A DNA stretch of 37,555 nucleotides from positions 1 through 37,555 of the forward strand of contig JANNWY010000093.1 in the NCBI GenBank assembly GCA_031409335.1, written 5' to 3'. Each line of letters opens with the position of its first letter. The stretch's first letter is position 1. Below the pieces are notes generated by a model that was not told the origin of the DNA, did no database searches, and was given only the letters and a program-made list of their open reading frames with translations. Positions 10,141 through 18,741 of this stretch are shown piece by piece. A program made the translations under genes and the position numbers. The stretch comes from Chthoniobacteraceae bacterium (GTDB lineage: Bacteria; Verrucomicrobiota; Verrucomicrobiia; Chthoniobacterales; Chthoniobacteraceae).

Positions 10141-13100
10141 ATGAAACGAACTCTCCTGAGTCTCCTCTCCCTTCCCGTGATCGCCATCGCTGCGGACAGC
10201 GTCGTCGTTTTCAACGAAGTCCACTATCACCCGGCCAACGAGGTCGCGCAGACGGAGTGGGTCGAGCTGCGCAATTTGCACGGGGTGGATGTCGATATCG
10301 CGGGCTGGCGGCTGGAGGGCGGGATTGCCTACACGTTTCCCGCCGGGACGCGCATCGCGGGCGGGGCGTATCTCGTCGTCGCGAAAGTGCCGGGGCAAAT
10401 CGCGGGCGCGCTCGGGCCATTCACGGGGATTCTCGATAATGGCGGGGAGGAAATCCGCCTCGTGAATCGCAGCGATCGCGCGATGGATGTGCTGAATTAT
10501 TCCGATGATGGCGACTGGCCTGCGGGCGCGGACGGCAGCGGTGCGACGCTCTCGCGGCGCATTGCCTACTCGGCGGATGGCGGGCCGCTGGCGTGGTCGG
10601 CGAGCAATCAGCTCGGCGGCACTCCCGGCGCGGTGAATTTCCCCAGCCCGACCGATCCGCCGACGGTGACGACGCCCATCCCGCTGAATGCGATTTGGAA
10701 ATATCGCGACGACAACGTGGCTCCGCCCGCGACTTGGAAGGACACGGCTTTCGACGACAGCGCGTGGGCCAGCGGCGGCGCGCTGCTCTACGCGGGCAGC
10801 CCGAATATCACCGGCGCTGGCGAGGGTCTGCTCGGCTACTGGCCATTGCAGGAGACATCGGGCACCGCCGTGCCGAATGTGGCGCCTGGCGGGACGAGTG
10901 GGACGATTTTCAATGGCGTGACGTGGGTGAATGACGCGACGCGCGGGCGGGTGCTGAACTTCGACGGCGTGGATGGTTACGTGAACGCCGGGAGCATCCC
11001 GCAGCCCACGATGGCGAACAATTTTACGTGGTCGTTCTGGGGTTACTCGGCCTCGACCGGGAACACGAGTGTCGTGCTCGGCAACCGTTTCTCGCCGACG
11101 AACGGCGTGGGTTTCAATCCGCTGGAGTTCGTGAAGTTCACGACGGCGTCGTTTGAATTTTACCGGGAGGGCGCGCAGGAGGGGATCGACTATGCGGACA
11201 TGCTCGTAAACGTGTGGACGCATCACGCGGTGGTGAAGCAGGGCGCGACGCTTAACTACTATCGAAACGGAGCCGCCGCCGGGTCGCGGACGATCACCCA
11301 GGCGCTGCGCAACCCACAGCCTTTCTACTTCGGCGGCGATCAGGTGAATGAAAACTGGGGCGGGCGCATGGACGACGTGGCGGTGTGGACGAAGGCGCTG
11401 CCGGCGGCGTCCATCACGGGCCTCGCGAATGGCACGCTGACACCGCTCACCGCGCCGACTGGGAGCACGGCGGGCACGCTCACGACTGCGCTCGCGCTCG
11501 GGCCGACGACGCACTATTTCCGCCGCGCGTTCACTTTCAACGGCGACAAAACGCGCACGACGCTCGCGTTCCAGCATCTGCTCGACGATGGCGCGGTCGT
11601 GTATCTCAACGGCGTCGAAGTGCTCCGCGTGAACATGCCCGGCGGTGCGATCGCGCACGGGACGCCGGCCTCGAGCGACGTCACGGGATCTTTTCTGGTC
11701 TCGAACGTCGCCATCCCGTCCAACGATCTCGTGGTCGGGACGAACGTGCTCGCGGTCGAGGTGCATCAGCACACGGCGAATCCCGATCTGGTTTTCGGAG
11801 CGTCGCTCACCGCGACCGAGACGGCGGGGCCGACGACATTCCCCGGCGGCGCGCTCGTGTTGAATGAAATCGGCGGCGCGAACGACGTGACCTTCCGCGT
11901 GGAGCTGGCGAATCTCACCGGCTCCGCGGTCAGCCTCGCGGACTACCAACTGCGCGGCAGCAACGGCGGCAGCTCCACGCTCAGTGGCTCGCTCTTGCCG
12001 GGCGCGCTGCTTTCACTCGACGAGACACAAATGGGTTTCCGCCCGATCGACGGCGAGAGGCTTTTCATCGTGAATACTGTCGCGAACACCCTCGGCGACG
12101 GACGCACCGTGACGACTGGTTTGCGCGGGCGCAACTCGGCGGGCGTGTGGGCGCATCCGAGCGTGGCGACCTTCGGCTCGGCGAATGCCTTCACGACGCA
12201 CGACGAGATCGTGATCAACGAAATCATGTACAATGCGCCGGGCACGTCGCCGGAGCAGTGGGTCGAGCTTTACAACAAAAGCGGCGGAGCCGTGGACATC
12301 GGCGGGTGGCATTTCACGGACGGCATCGGCTACACCTTTCCGCCGGGCACGATGCTCGGCGCTGGCGAATACGCGCTGGTGGTTTGGGACGTGGCTGCTT
12401 TCAACGCGCTGCATCCCGCACTTCCGCGTGTCTTCGGACCGCTCAGCGGCGGACTCAGTGGAAAGGGCGAGCGCGTGCGGCTGCGCGATGCGGACGACAA
12501 TCTCGCGGACGAACTGGAGTATTTCACCGGTGGGACGTGGCCGGAATTCGCGGACGGCGGCGGCTCATCGCTGGAGCTGAAGAATCCGAACGCCGACAAT
12601 ACGAACGCGGTCGCGTGGGCCGGGAGCAACGAAGTCGCCAACGGCTCGTGGGTGAATGTGAGCTACGACTTCAGCGGAGCGAATCTCGAAAGCAATGTGA
12701 CGGATTACAGCGAGCTTCTCGTCGGCATGGTGGCGGGCGGCGAGGCGTTTATCGACGACCTCGAAGTCATCGAAGACCCGCTCACCATTCCGCGCTCGCT
12801 GCTTGCGAATGGCAATTTCTCAGGCGGCACCGCGGCGTCGTGGCGCTTTCAGGGAAATCACCGCACGAGCACCGTGGTGGACGACCCGTCATCGCCGGGC
12901 AACAAGGTGCTGAAAATCGTCGCGACGGGCTACACCGAGCACATGTCGAATCACTGCGAGACGACGCTGCGCAGCGGCGCGACGCTCCCGTGGCCGATCA
13001 ACCCGGCGAAGACCTATCGCATCAAGTATCGCGCGCACTGGGCTGGCGGCGGAAACCGTCTGCAAACGCGGCTCTACTTCAATCGCGGGGCGCGTCAGGA

Positions 13101-15840
13101 ACTCCTGCCGATGCCCACGACGGGCGGCACGCCCGGCCTGCAAAATTCGCGGTTCGTCGCCAACACCGGCCCCACTTTTTCCGGCACTACACACGCGCCC
13201 GCCGTGCCCGGAGCCTCACAAGCGGCGGTCGTGAGCGCGCGCATCGCGGACAGCGACGGCGTCACTTCCGCCACGCTTTTCTACTCGGTGAATGAAGGCG
13301 CATTCGTTCCGGTGGGGATGACGAACACCGGCGGTGTGTGGAGCGGGACCATCCCCGGCCAGGCGCTCAACGCGAAGGCGCAGTTTTACATTCAGGCCGC
13401 CGACGCACTCGGCGCGACCGCGACCTTCCCCGCGAACGGCACCGCGGGCCGCGCGATGATTCCGTGGAACGACAGTCAGGCCGCGCTCACGCTCCCGACC
13501 GGAGTGAGTCCGCACAATGTGCGCATCGTCATGACCACGACCGACGCGAACAGCAGCCTCCTCGCGCTCAACAACGTGATGAGCAACGAATACCGCCCCT
13601 GCACGGTCATCTACGACGAGCGCGACATTTACTACGGCGCGGGCGTGCATCTCAAAGGCAGCGAGCATGGCCGCGCGAAGTTCTCCTCGCGCACGGGCTT
13701 TCACCTCAGCTTTTCACCGGACCAACTTTTCCTCGGACAGCACTCGGATGTCGCGGCGGATCGCAGCGGCGCGGGCGATCAATTTTCGCAAAAAGAGATG
13801 CTCGTGAAACGCACGCTCAACGCTGTCGGCGGCATCCCGGCGAGCGAGGATGATTTGTGCCGCCTTATCGCGCCCGGCGTCGCGACCGGGCCGGCGATTT
13901 TGATCAAGGCGAAGGTGGACTCGAATGAGTTCCTCGATAACTGGCTGCCGAACGGGGGCGACGGGACCTTCTTCGAGTACGAGCTGACTTACTCGATGTT
14001 CACGGGAGCCATCGCGACTTCCACTGACAACGGCACTTGGGAGGGCAACAAGCTCACGCAGGACAGCGCCGCACCGGGCGTCGGCGTGCGCAAGCTCAAT
14101 CCGGGTCTCAGCAAGGAAGAATATCGCTGGTACTGGCTCATCAAAAATAATCGCAGCGCTGACAACTACGCGCCGCTCATCACCGCGCTCACCGCGCTCG
14201 GGCAGGGGAGCGGACCGACGTTCATCACTCAAACCAACGCGCTGATCGACGTGGACGGATGGCTGCGCAACATGGCCGGGCCGGTCGCGTGGAGCGCGGG
14301 CGACAACTACGCTTTCAACTCCGCGCACAACGCGCTCCTTTTCGTGAAGCCCGACGGGAAAACGCTCTACGTGCCGTGGGATATGGACTTCACCGCGACC
14401 GGCGGCGCGACTGCGGGAATCACCGGGATCAACACCGAGATGGACAAGTTCGTCGGCGACGCCGGAAACCGCCGCGCGTATTACGGGCACTTGCTCGACT
14501 TGTGCAACCGCGCGTTCAACACCGGCTACCTCTCGTATTGGGCGCAGCATTACACAAAGTTCGTGAACGAAGACCTCACAGGCTTCATGTCGTTTGTCGC
14601 AGCGCGCGAGACGCACATCCGCAACACCATCAACGCGGCGATTCCGAACGTGGCCTTCGCCATCGCACCCGCGCCGCCCGCGAATGTCGCCGCGAATTCC
14701 GTCACGCTCACCGGCAGCGGTTGGGTGAACATCCGCGAGTTCCGCCGCGCCGACACCGGTGCCGTGCTGCCCGGGACGTGGACCGGCAACACCGCATGGT
14801 CGCTCAGCTACGCGCTGGTCCCCGGCCCGAATGCAATCACGCTGCAATTCTACGACTTCCAGGGCGCGCTCATCGGCACCGCGACGGCGAACGTCAACAA
14901 CACCCTCACGCCACCCACGCCGCGCGACTGGCTGCGCATCACCGAAGTCCACTACCACCCCGCGGATCCCTCGACGCCCGGAGAACTCTCCGCGAGCCCG
15001 GACCCCGACGACTTCGAGTTCATCGAACTGCAAAACCTCGCCAGCACTACGCTCGACGTGAGCGGGTGCAAATTCACCGTCGGAGTGGACGCGACCATCG
15101 GCGGCAGCACGACCCTCGCCTTGCTCGAACGCGTCGTCGTCGTTCGCAACGTCGCCGCCTTCCAAGCGCGCTACGGGAACGGCCCGCGCATCATCGGCGC
15201 GTATGGCCCCGCCGACAGCCTGAGCAACGGCGGAGAAACGATCACGCTTGTGGACGCAACCGGCGCGGTGATCCAGAGCTTCACCTACGACGACGCATGG
15301 TTCCCGCTCACCGACGGCCCCGGACGTTCGCTCGTCGTGCGAGATCCGAGCGCGGCCGTCAGCGCGTGGAATGGCGCAGGTCAATGGGCCGCGAGCACCA
15401 CGCTCGGCGGCACGCCCGGTGCATCGAACACCGGCCAATTCGGCACGCAATTCGACGGCTGGCGCTACACCTATTTCACCCCCGCCGAACTCGCGAACCC
15501 CGCAATCAGCGGCGCGCTCGTTTCCACCAACGGCGTGAAGAACGCCCTGCGCTACGCCCTCGGCTACTACGCGCCACAACAACCCGCCGCCGCGCTCACC
15601 GTCATCGGCAGCGACGGCACATTTCTCACGATCACCTACCGCCGCACGAAGAACACCCTCGACGCCAACTTCACAATCGACGGCACCCCCGACCTCGTGA
15701 CATGGACCCCGCTTATGAATCCACCGACCACGACAATCGATAACGGTGACGGCACCGAAACCCACACCGTCCGCGACACCATCCCGATTTCCGCTGGCAC
15801 TAAACGCCACCTCCGCGTGCGCGTGACTTTGCAGCCGTAG
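10141..15840 (+). CDS. 1899-aa secreted lamin-tail / LamG / CotH-kinase family protein
   Basis: Signal peptide and several LTDs (VVFNEVHYHP...EWVELRN; IVINEIMYN...QWVELYN; LRITEVHYHP). LamG (LLGYWPLQE...WTHHAVV...GRMDDVAVW). CotH motifs GVHLKGS and HNALLF...VPWDMDF. Confidence 0.85.
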   Translation: MKRTLLSLLSLPVIAIAADSVVVFNEVHYHPANEVAQTEWVELRNLHGVDVDIAGWRLEGGIAYTFPAGTRIAGGAYLVVAKVPGQIAGALGPFTGILDNGGEEIRLVNRSDRAMDVLNYSDDGDWPAGADGSGATLSRRIAYSADGGPLAWSASNQLGGTPGAVNFPSPTDPPTVTTPIPLNAIWKYRDDNVAPPATWKDTAFDDSAWASGGALLYAGSPNITGAGEGLLGYWPLQETSGTAVPNVAPGGTSGTIFNGVTWVNDATRGRVLNFDGVDGYVNAGSIPQPTMANNFTWSFWGYSASTGNTSVVLGNRFSPTNGVGFNPLEFVKFTTASFEFYREGAQEGIDYADMLVNVWTHHAVVKQGATLNYYRNGAAAGSRTITQALRNPQPFYFGGDQVNENWGGRMDDVAVWTKALPAASITGLANGTLTPLTAPTGSTAGTLTTALALGPTTHYFRRAFTFNGDKTRTTLAFQHLLDDGAVVYLNGVEVLRVNMPGGAIAHGTPASSDVTGSFLVSNVAIPSNDLVVGTNVLAVEVHQHTANPDLVFGASLTATETAGPTTFPGGALVLNEIGGANDVTFRVELANLTGSAVSLADYQLRGSNGGSSTLSGSLLPGALLSLDETQMGFRPIDGERLFIVNTVANTLGDGRTVTTGLRGRNSAGVWAHPSVATFGSANAFTTHDEIVINEIMYNAPGTSPEQWVELYNKSGGAVDIGGWHFTDGIGYTFPPGTMLGAGEYALVVWDVAAFNALHPALPRVFGPLSGGLSGKGERVRLRDADDNLADELEYFTGGTWPEFADGGGSSLELKNPNADNTNAVAWAGSNEVANGSWVNVSYDFSGANLESNVTDYSELLVGMVAGGEAFIDDLEVIEDPLTIPRSLLANGNFSGGTAASWRFQGNHRTSTVVDDPSSPGNKVLKIVATGYTEHMSNHCETTLRSGATLPWPINPAKTYRIKYRAHWAGGGNRLQTRLYFNRGARQELLPMPTTGGTPGLQNSRFVANTGPTFSGTTHAPAVPGASQAAVVSARIADSDGVTSATLFYSVNEGAFVPVGMTNTGGVWSGTIPGQALNAKAQFYIQAADALGATATFPANGTAGRAMIPWNDSQAALTLPTGVSPHNVRIVMTTTDANSSLLALNNVMSNEYRPCTVIYDERDIYYGAGVHLKGSEHGRAKFSSRTGFHLSFSPDQLFLGQHSDVAADRSGAGDQFSQKEMLVKRTLNAVGGIPASEDDLCRLIAPGVATGPAILIKAKVDSNEFLDNWLPNGGDGTFFEYELTYSMFTGAIATSTDNGTWEGNKLTQDSAAPGVGVRKLNPGLSKEEYRWYWLIKNNRSADNYAPLITALTALGQGSGPTFITQTNALIDVDGWLRNMAGPVAWSAGDNYAFNSAHNALLFVKPDGKTLYVPWDMDFTATGGATAGITGINTEMDKFVGDAGNRRAYYGHLLDLCNRAFNTGYLSYWAQHYTKFVNEDLTGFMSFVAARETHIRNTINAAIPNVAFAIAPAPPANVAANSVTLTGSGWVNIREFRRADTGAVLPGTWTGNTAWSLSYALVPGPNAITLQFYDFQGALIGTATANVNNTLTPPTPRDWLRITEVHYHPADPSTPGELSASPDPDDFEFIELQNLASTTLDVSGCKFTVGVDATIGGSTTLALLERVVVVRNVAAFQARYGNGPRIIGAYGPADSLSNGGETITLVDATGAVIQSFTYDDAWFPLTDGPGRSLVVRDPSAAVSAWNGAGQWAASTTLGGTPGASNTGQFGTQFDGWRYTYFTPAELANPAISGALVSTNGVKNALRYALGYYAPQQPAAALTVIGSDGTFLTITYRRTKNTLDANFTIDGTPDLVTWTPLMNPPTTTIDNGDGTETHTVRDTIPISAGTKRHLRVRVTLQP

Positions 15841-15951
15841 CACCGTCGCGCCTCCCACAGGCTAGCGTCGTCCACTCGATAGTTGCGCAGCATTTCCGCC
15901 TGCGACCATTGCCATCAGCGCGCCAGCCATGGGTCGCGAATTTTCCAGGCG

Positions 15952-17124
15952 CTACTTGCTGTCGCTTCGCGACATTGCCAGCCACGGATGTTCGAGCGCG
16001 GTGGTGGCGGTGCTGCGAGTTGCGGGGTCGATCGTGAGGAGTTGCTGGAGAAAGGCGGCGGCTTCGGCGCGGGCGGGGGCGTTGAGCGTGCTGCGGCGGC
16101 GGAGGCGTTCGCGGATCGTGATTCGGTCAATGGTGGGGCGAAAGCGGAGCGCGCCGTCGGGCTCGAAGTAGGAGGCGCGAAATTTTGCGGCGGCGATTTG
16201 GTCGGCGGGGATCGGGCCGCGGAGGGCGGTGATGAGGAGGATGTGCTCGTAGTTGAGCGCGAGGTCGAGGAGGTCGTCGGCGCCTTTCGCACGCTTCCAT
16301 GCGCGGTCGGCGAGGTCGCGTGCGGTCAGGGCGCGCGGTGCGCTGGCGATGGCTTCGGCGTGTTTCCAGAGCGGTTTGTGGGAACGCGACAGCCGTTTTT
16401 CGTGGAGTGCGCGCGCGGACCAGACGGTGGCGAAACGGCCGCGGCCGAGTGCCCTTTCGAGATGGTATTTCCCGGCGACGATGTCGGCGCGGCGATGTTG
16501 CTCGGCGAGTTCCTCGGCGTCGTCGGCGAGCACGGTGGCGGCGAGTTCGGTGGGCGGGGCGTCGTGGCTGAATTCGCGATATTTTCGCGCGGCGGCGCGG
16601 CGCGGGGCGAAGAGAAGGTGGCCGGTGAGCATTTCGAACACGGTGCAGCCGAGCGCCCACAAATCCATTTCCACGCGGAGCGGTGCGCCGAGGATGACTT
16701 CGGGCGGGGTGTATTCGCGCGAGCCGAATCCACCGCCCTGCCGGAGTTGGTTCCGCGCGCTGCCGAGGTCGGCGAGGCAGGCAGTGCCGGTGCGCGCGTC
16801 GTAGAGAATGTTGTCGGGCTTGACGTCAGTGTGCGCGATTCCGCAGCGGTGCAGGCGGTCGAGCGCGGTGAGAATCTGGCGGGTGACGCGGCGGACGCGA
16901 GCGAGCGGCAGCGGCCCGCGGTGGAGCGCGGCTTCGAGGCTGCGACCGTGTTTTTCAAAAGCCATGCAGATGTGGCCGTCGTGCAGGAAGGATTCGTGCA
17001 GGGTGACGATCTCGGGACACGGCCCCGACTCGCGCACGCGGTGGTGGACGTAGATTTCCCAAGTCGCCGCGCGGGCGTAGCGGCGGCGCTGGATTTTTAA
17101 CGCGATGGCGGGCGCGGCGTTCAT
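15952..17124 (-). CDS. SRPK/CMGC-like Hanks-type Ser/Thr protein kinase with an internally relocated Gly-rich loop (390 aa)
   Basis: IALKIQ (beta3 Lys), HICMAFE, HTDVKPDN, ADLG, SREYTPPEVILG, DLWALGCTVFEMLTG, DPATRSTATTALEHPWL. GKYHLERALGRGRFATVW lies at residues 218-235. The in-frame upstream extension to 17301 is REP-derived. Confidence 0.85.
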   Translation of the reverse strand: MNAAPAIALKIQRRRYARAATWEIYVHHRVRESGPCPEIVTLHESFLHDGHICMAFEKHGRSLEAALHRGPLPLARVRRVTRQILTALDRLHRCGIAHTDVKPDNILYDARTGTACLADLGSARNQLRQGGGFGSREYTPPEVILGAPLRVEMDLWALGCTVFEMLTGHLLFAPRRAAARKYREFSHDAPPTELAATVLADDAEELAEQHRRADIVAGKYHLERALGRGRFATVWSARALHEKRLSRSHKPLWKHAEAIASAPRALTARDLADRAWKRAKGADDLLDLALNYEHILLITALRGPIPADQIAAAKFRASYFEPDGALRFRPTIDRITIRERLRRRSTLNAPARAEAAAFLQQLLTIDPATRSTATTALEHPWLAMSRSDSK

Positions 17125-17149
17125 GCTGGGAACGGGAGTGGGCGATCTC

Positions 17150-17269
17150 GTAGCGCGGGCTTCCTGCCTGCTGTATCGCGGGCCTCCGGCCTGCGAGACG
17201 CCTGCCGGTCGTGGGCGCCCGAGGCAGGCTGGAAGCCCGCGATACGGCAGGCGGGGACGCCTGCGCCAC
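17150..17269. repeat. REP cluster of four ~22-bp units (two forward, two inverted)
   Basis: gtagcgcgggcttcctgcctgc (17150-17171), gtatcgcgggcctccggcctgc (17173-17194), inverted gcaggctggaagcccgcgatac (17224-17245) and inverted gcaggcggggacgcctgcgccac (17247-17269). Confidence 0.75.
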
Positions 17270-17284
17270 AGTGACGGTTTTGGC

Positions 17285-18613
17285 TCATTGGTTGTCCACA
17301 AAGGCGCGGCGGATTTCGTAGAGGATGCGGCTGATAAGGCGCATGTCTTCGGTGACGATGCGGGCTTCGCCGGTCATTTCCTGCCGGAATTGCAGCGGGC
17401 GGTGGAAGCTCGTGGTGAGCGGGTGCGGGAGAGCGATGAGCACGAGATGCGCGCCGTCACGCGCGACCATCGAGACGCTTTGCACGGTGCCGGTGACGAG
17501 GCCGAATTCCTTGTAGGGATAGTCGTCGAGCCGGATGCGGACGGTCTGGCCGGGTTTGATTTTTCCGGCGCCGCCCGTTTTTACCGACATGCGGCCGAGT
17601 AGCGCGGAGGTTTCCGGGACGATGAGGAAAACCTGCCGCGCGGCGGTGACGAATTGCTGGTCGCTCCAGAAGTCGTAGAACGCGGTGATGCCATCCGCCG
17701 GGGCGCGCAGGACGTGGTCGGCGTCCCACACGTCGATTTCGCCGCGGAGTTTGTTGAGTTGCGCGCGCAGTTGTTCGCGCGCGGTGCGGAGGGCTTCGGT
17801 GCGCTCGTGTTCGAGGTCGCGAAGTTCCTTTTCGATTTCCGCGGCTTCGATTTCGGCGTCGGTCGCGGCGCGCGCAGCGACGGTGCCGGCGCGCATTTGC
17901 TGGATCATCGCTTTTTCCTGCTCCTGAAGATCGGAGATGCTGATGAGGCGGCTGTCGTCGAGCGATTTGGCGCGGTCGTATTTGGCGCGGGCGAGTTCGA
18001 GTTCGCGGGTCATCAGCGTGCTTTGTTCGCGCAGCGAGGCGACTTGTGTGCGCTTGCCTTCGATTTGCTGACGCAAAAGCGCGCCGGCTTTTTCGGCGTA
18101 GTCATCGCCGAGACGGCTGCCGAGCTGGCGGAAGGTCTGGAGGAAATCGGCGTAGCTTTGCTGCAACTTTCCGAGGCCGTCCTCGGGCTGAAAGCGGAGG
18201 TTCAACGCGGACGCGTCGCTGCCGATCACGGCCGCGAGTTGCGCGAGTTTTTCACCCAGCGGTAGCACGGTGGCGGAGCGCGCGGGGCTTTCGACGATGG
18301 CGAGGATCTCGCCTTTTTTCACCGCCTGCCCTTCGCGCACGCGCAGGCTTTCGAGATGCCCGCTCTGCCGCGCGACGACTTCGACGACGGGCTGCGTGCC
18401 GGTGATGCTGACGCGCCCGGTGATGGTGTCGGGATATTTGATGATGATGCTGAGCGCGAGGATGAGCGCGAGCGCGGCGGCGAGGACGAGGATGCCGGAA
18501 CGCAGCAGGAGGTGCGGCGGGCGGGCCATGAATTCATGCACGTCGGCGCTGAGCGCGCCGGGGGCGAGATGGGCGGGGACGAGGGCGGTGGTGGGGTCCG
18601 GGTCAGCGGGCAT
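17285..18613 (-). CDS. HlyD family secretion adaptor for the peptidase-containing ABC transporter
   Basis: N-terminal TM (ILVLAAALALILALSIIIKYPD), VREGQAVKKGEILA, coiled coil, LRAPADG, GKIKPGQTVRIRLDDYPYKEFGLVTGTV. Confidence 0.9.
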   Translation of the reverse strand: MPADPDPTTALVPAHLAPGALSADVHEFMARPPHLLLRSGILVLAAALALILALSIIIKYPDTITGRVSITGTQPVVEVVARQSGHLESLRVREGQAVKKGEILAIVESPARSATVLPLGEKLAQLAAVIGSDASALNLRFQPEDGLGKLQQSYADFLQTFRQLGSRLGDDYAEKAGALLRQQIEGKRTQVASLREQSTLMTRELELARAKYDRAKSLDDSRLISISDLQEQEKAMIQQMRAGTVAARAATDAEIEAAEIEKELRDLEHERTEALRTAREQLRAQLNKLRGEIDVWDADHVLRAPADGITAFYDFWSDQQFVTAARQVFLIVPETSALLGRMSVKTGGAGKIKPGQTVRIRLDDYPYKEFGLVTGTVQSVSMVARDGAHLVLIALPHPLTTSFHRPLQFRQEMTGEARIVTEDMRLISRILYEIRRAFVDNQ

Positions 18614-18621
18614 GGGGCGGT

Positions 18622-18732
18622 CTTTGAAAGTTGAAAGTTGGACGTTGAAAGTTGGAAGTTGAGCCCCGCGCAGCGGCGTTGCCTGCGGCGCTCAACGTCC
18701 AACTTTCAACGTTCAACATTCAACTTTCAAAG
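18622..18732. repeat. Inverted repeat built of TTGAAAG-like heptamer tandems
   Basis: 43-bp arms 18622-18664 and 18690-18732 with 3 mismatches. Units are TTGAAAG, TTGGACG and TTGGAAG. Fills the transporter-HlyD intergenic gap. Confidence 0.85.
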
Positions 18733-18741
18733 TCAGAAGCG

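Noticed and set aside
13714..15858. Long minus-strand ORFs opposite the CotH genes (also 1577-3451 and 10117-11949)
   Set aside because: Antisense shadows typical of GC-rich coding DNA.
15883..17100. 405-aa plus-strand ORF
   Set aside because: Antisense shadow of the kinase with no recognisable motifs.
17125..17301. N-terminal extension of the kinase in the ORF track
   Set aside because: It runs through a REP cluster, overlaps the HlyD stop and contains no kinase motif.
18622..18732. Possible CRISPR array
   Set aside because: Contiguous 7-bp units in inverted arms, with no unique spacers and no cas genes.
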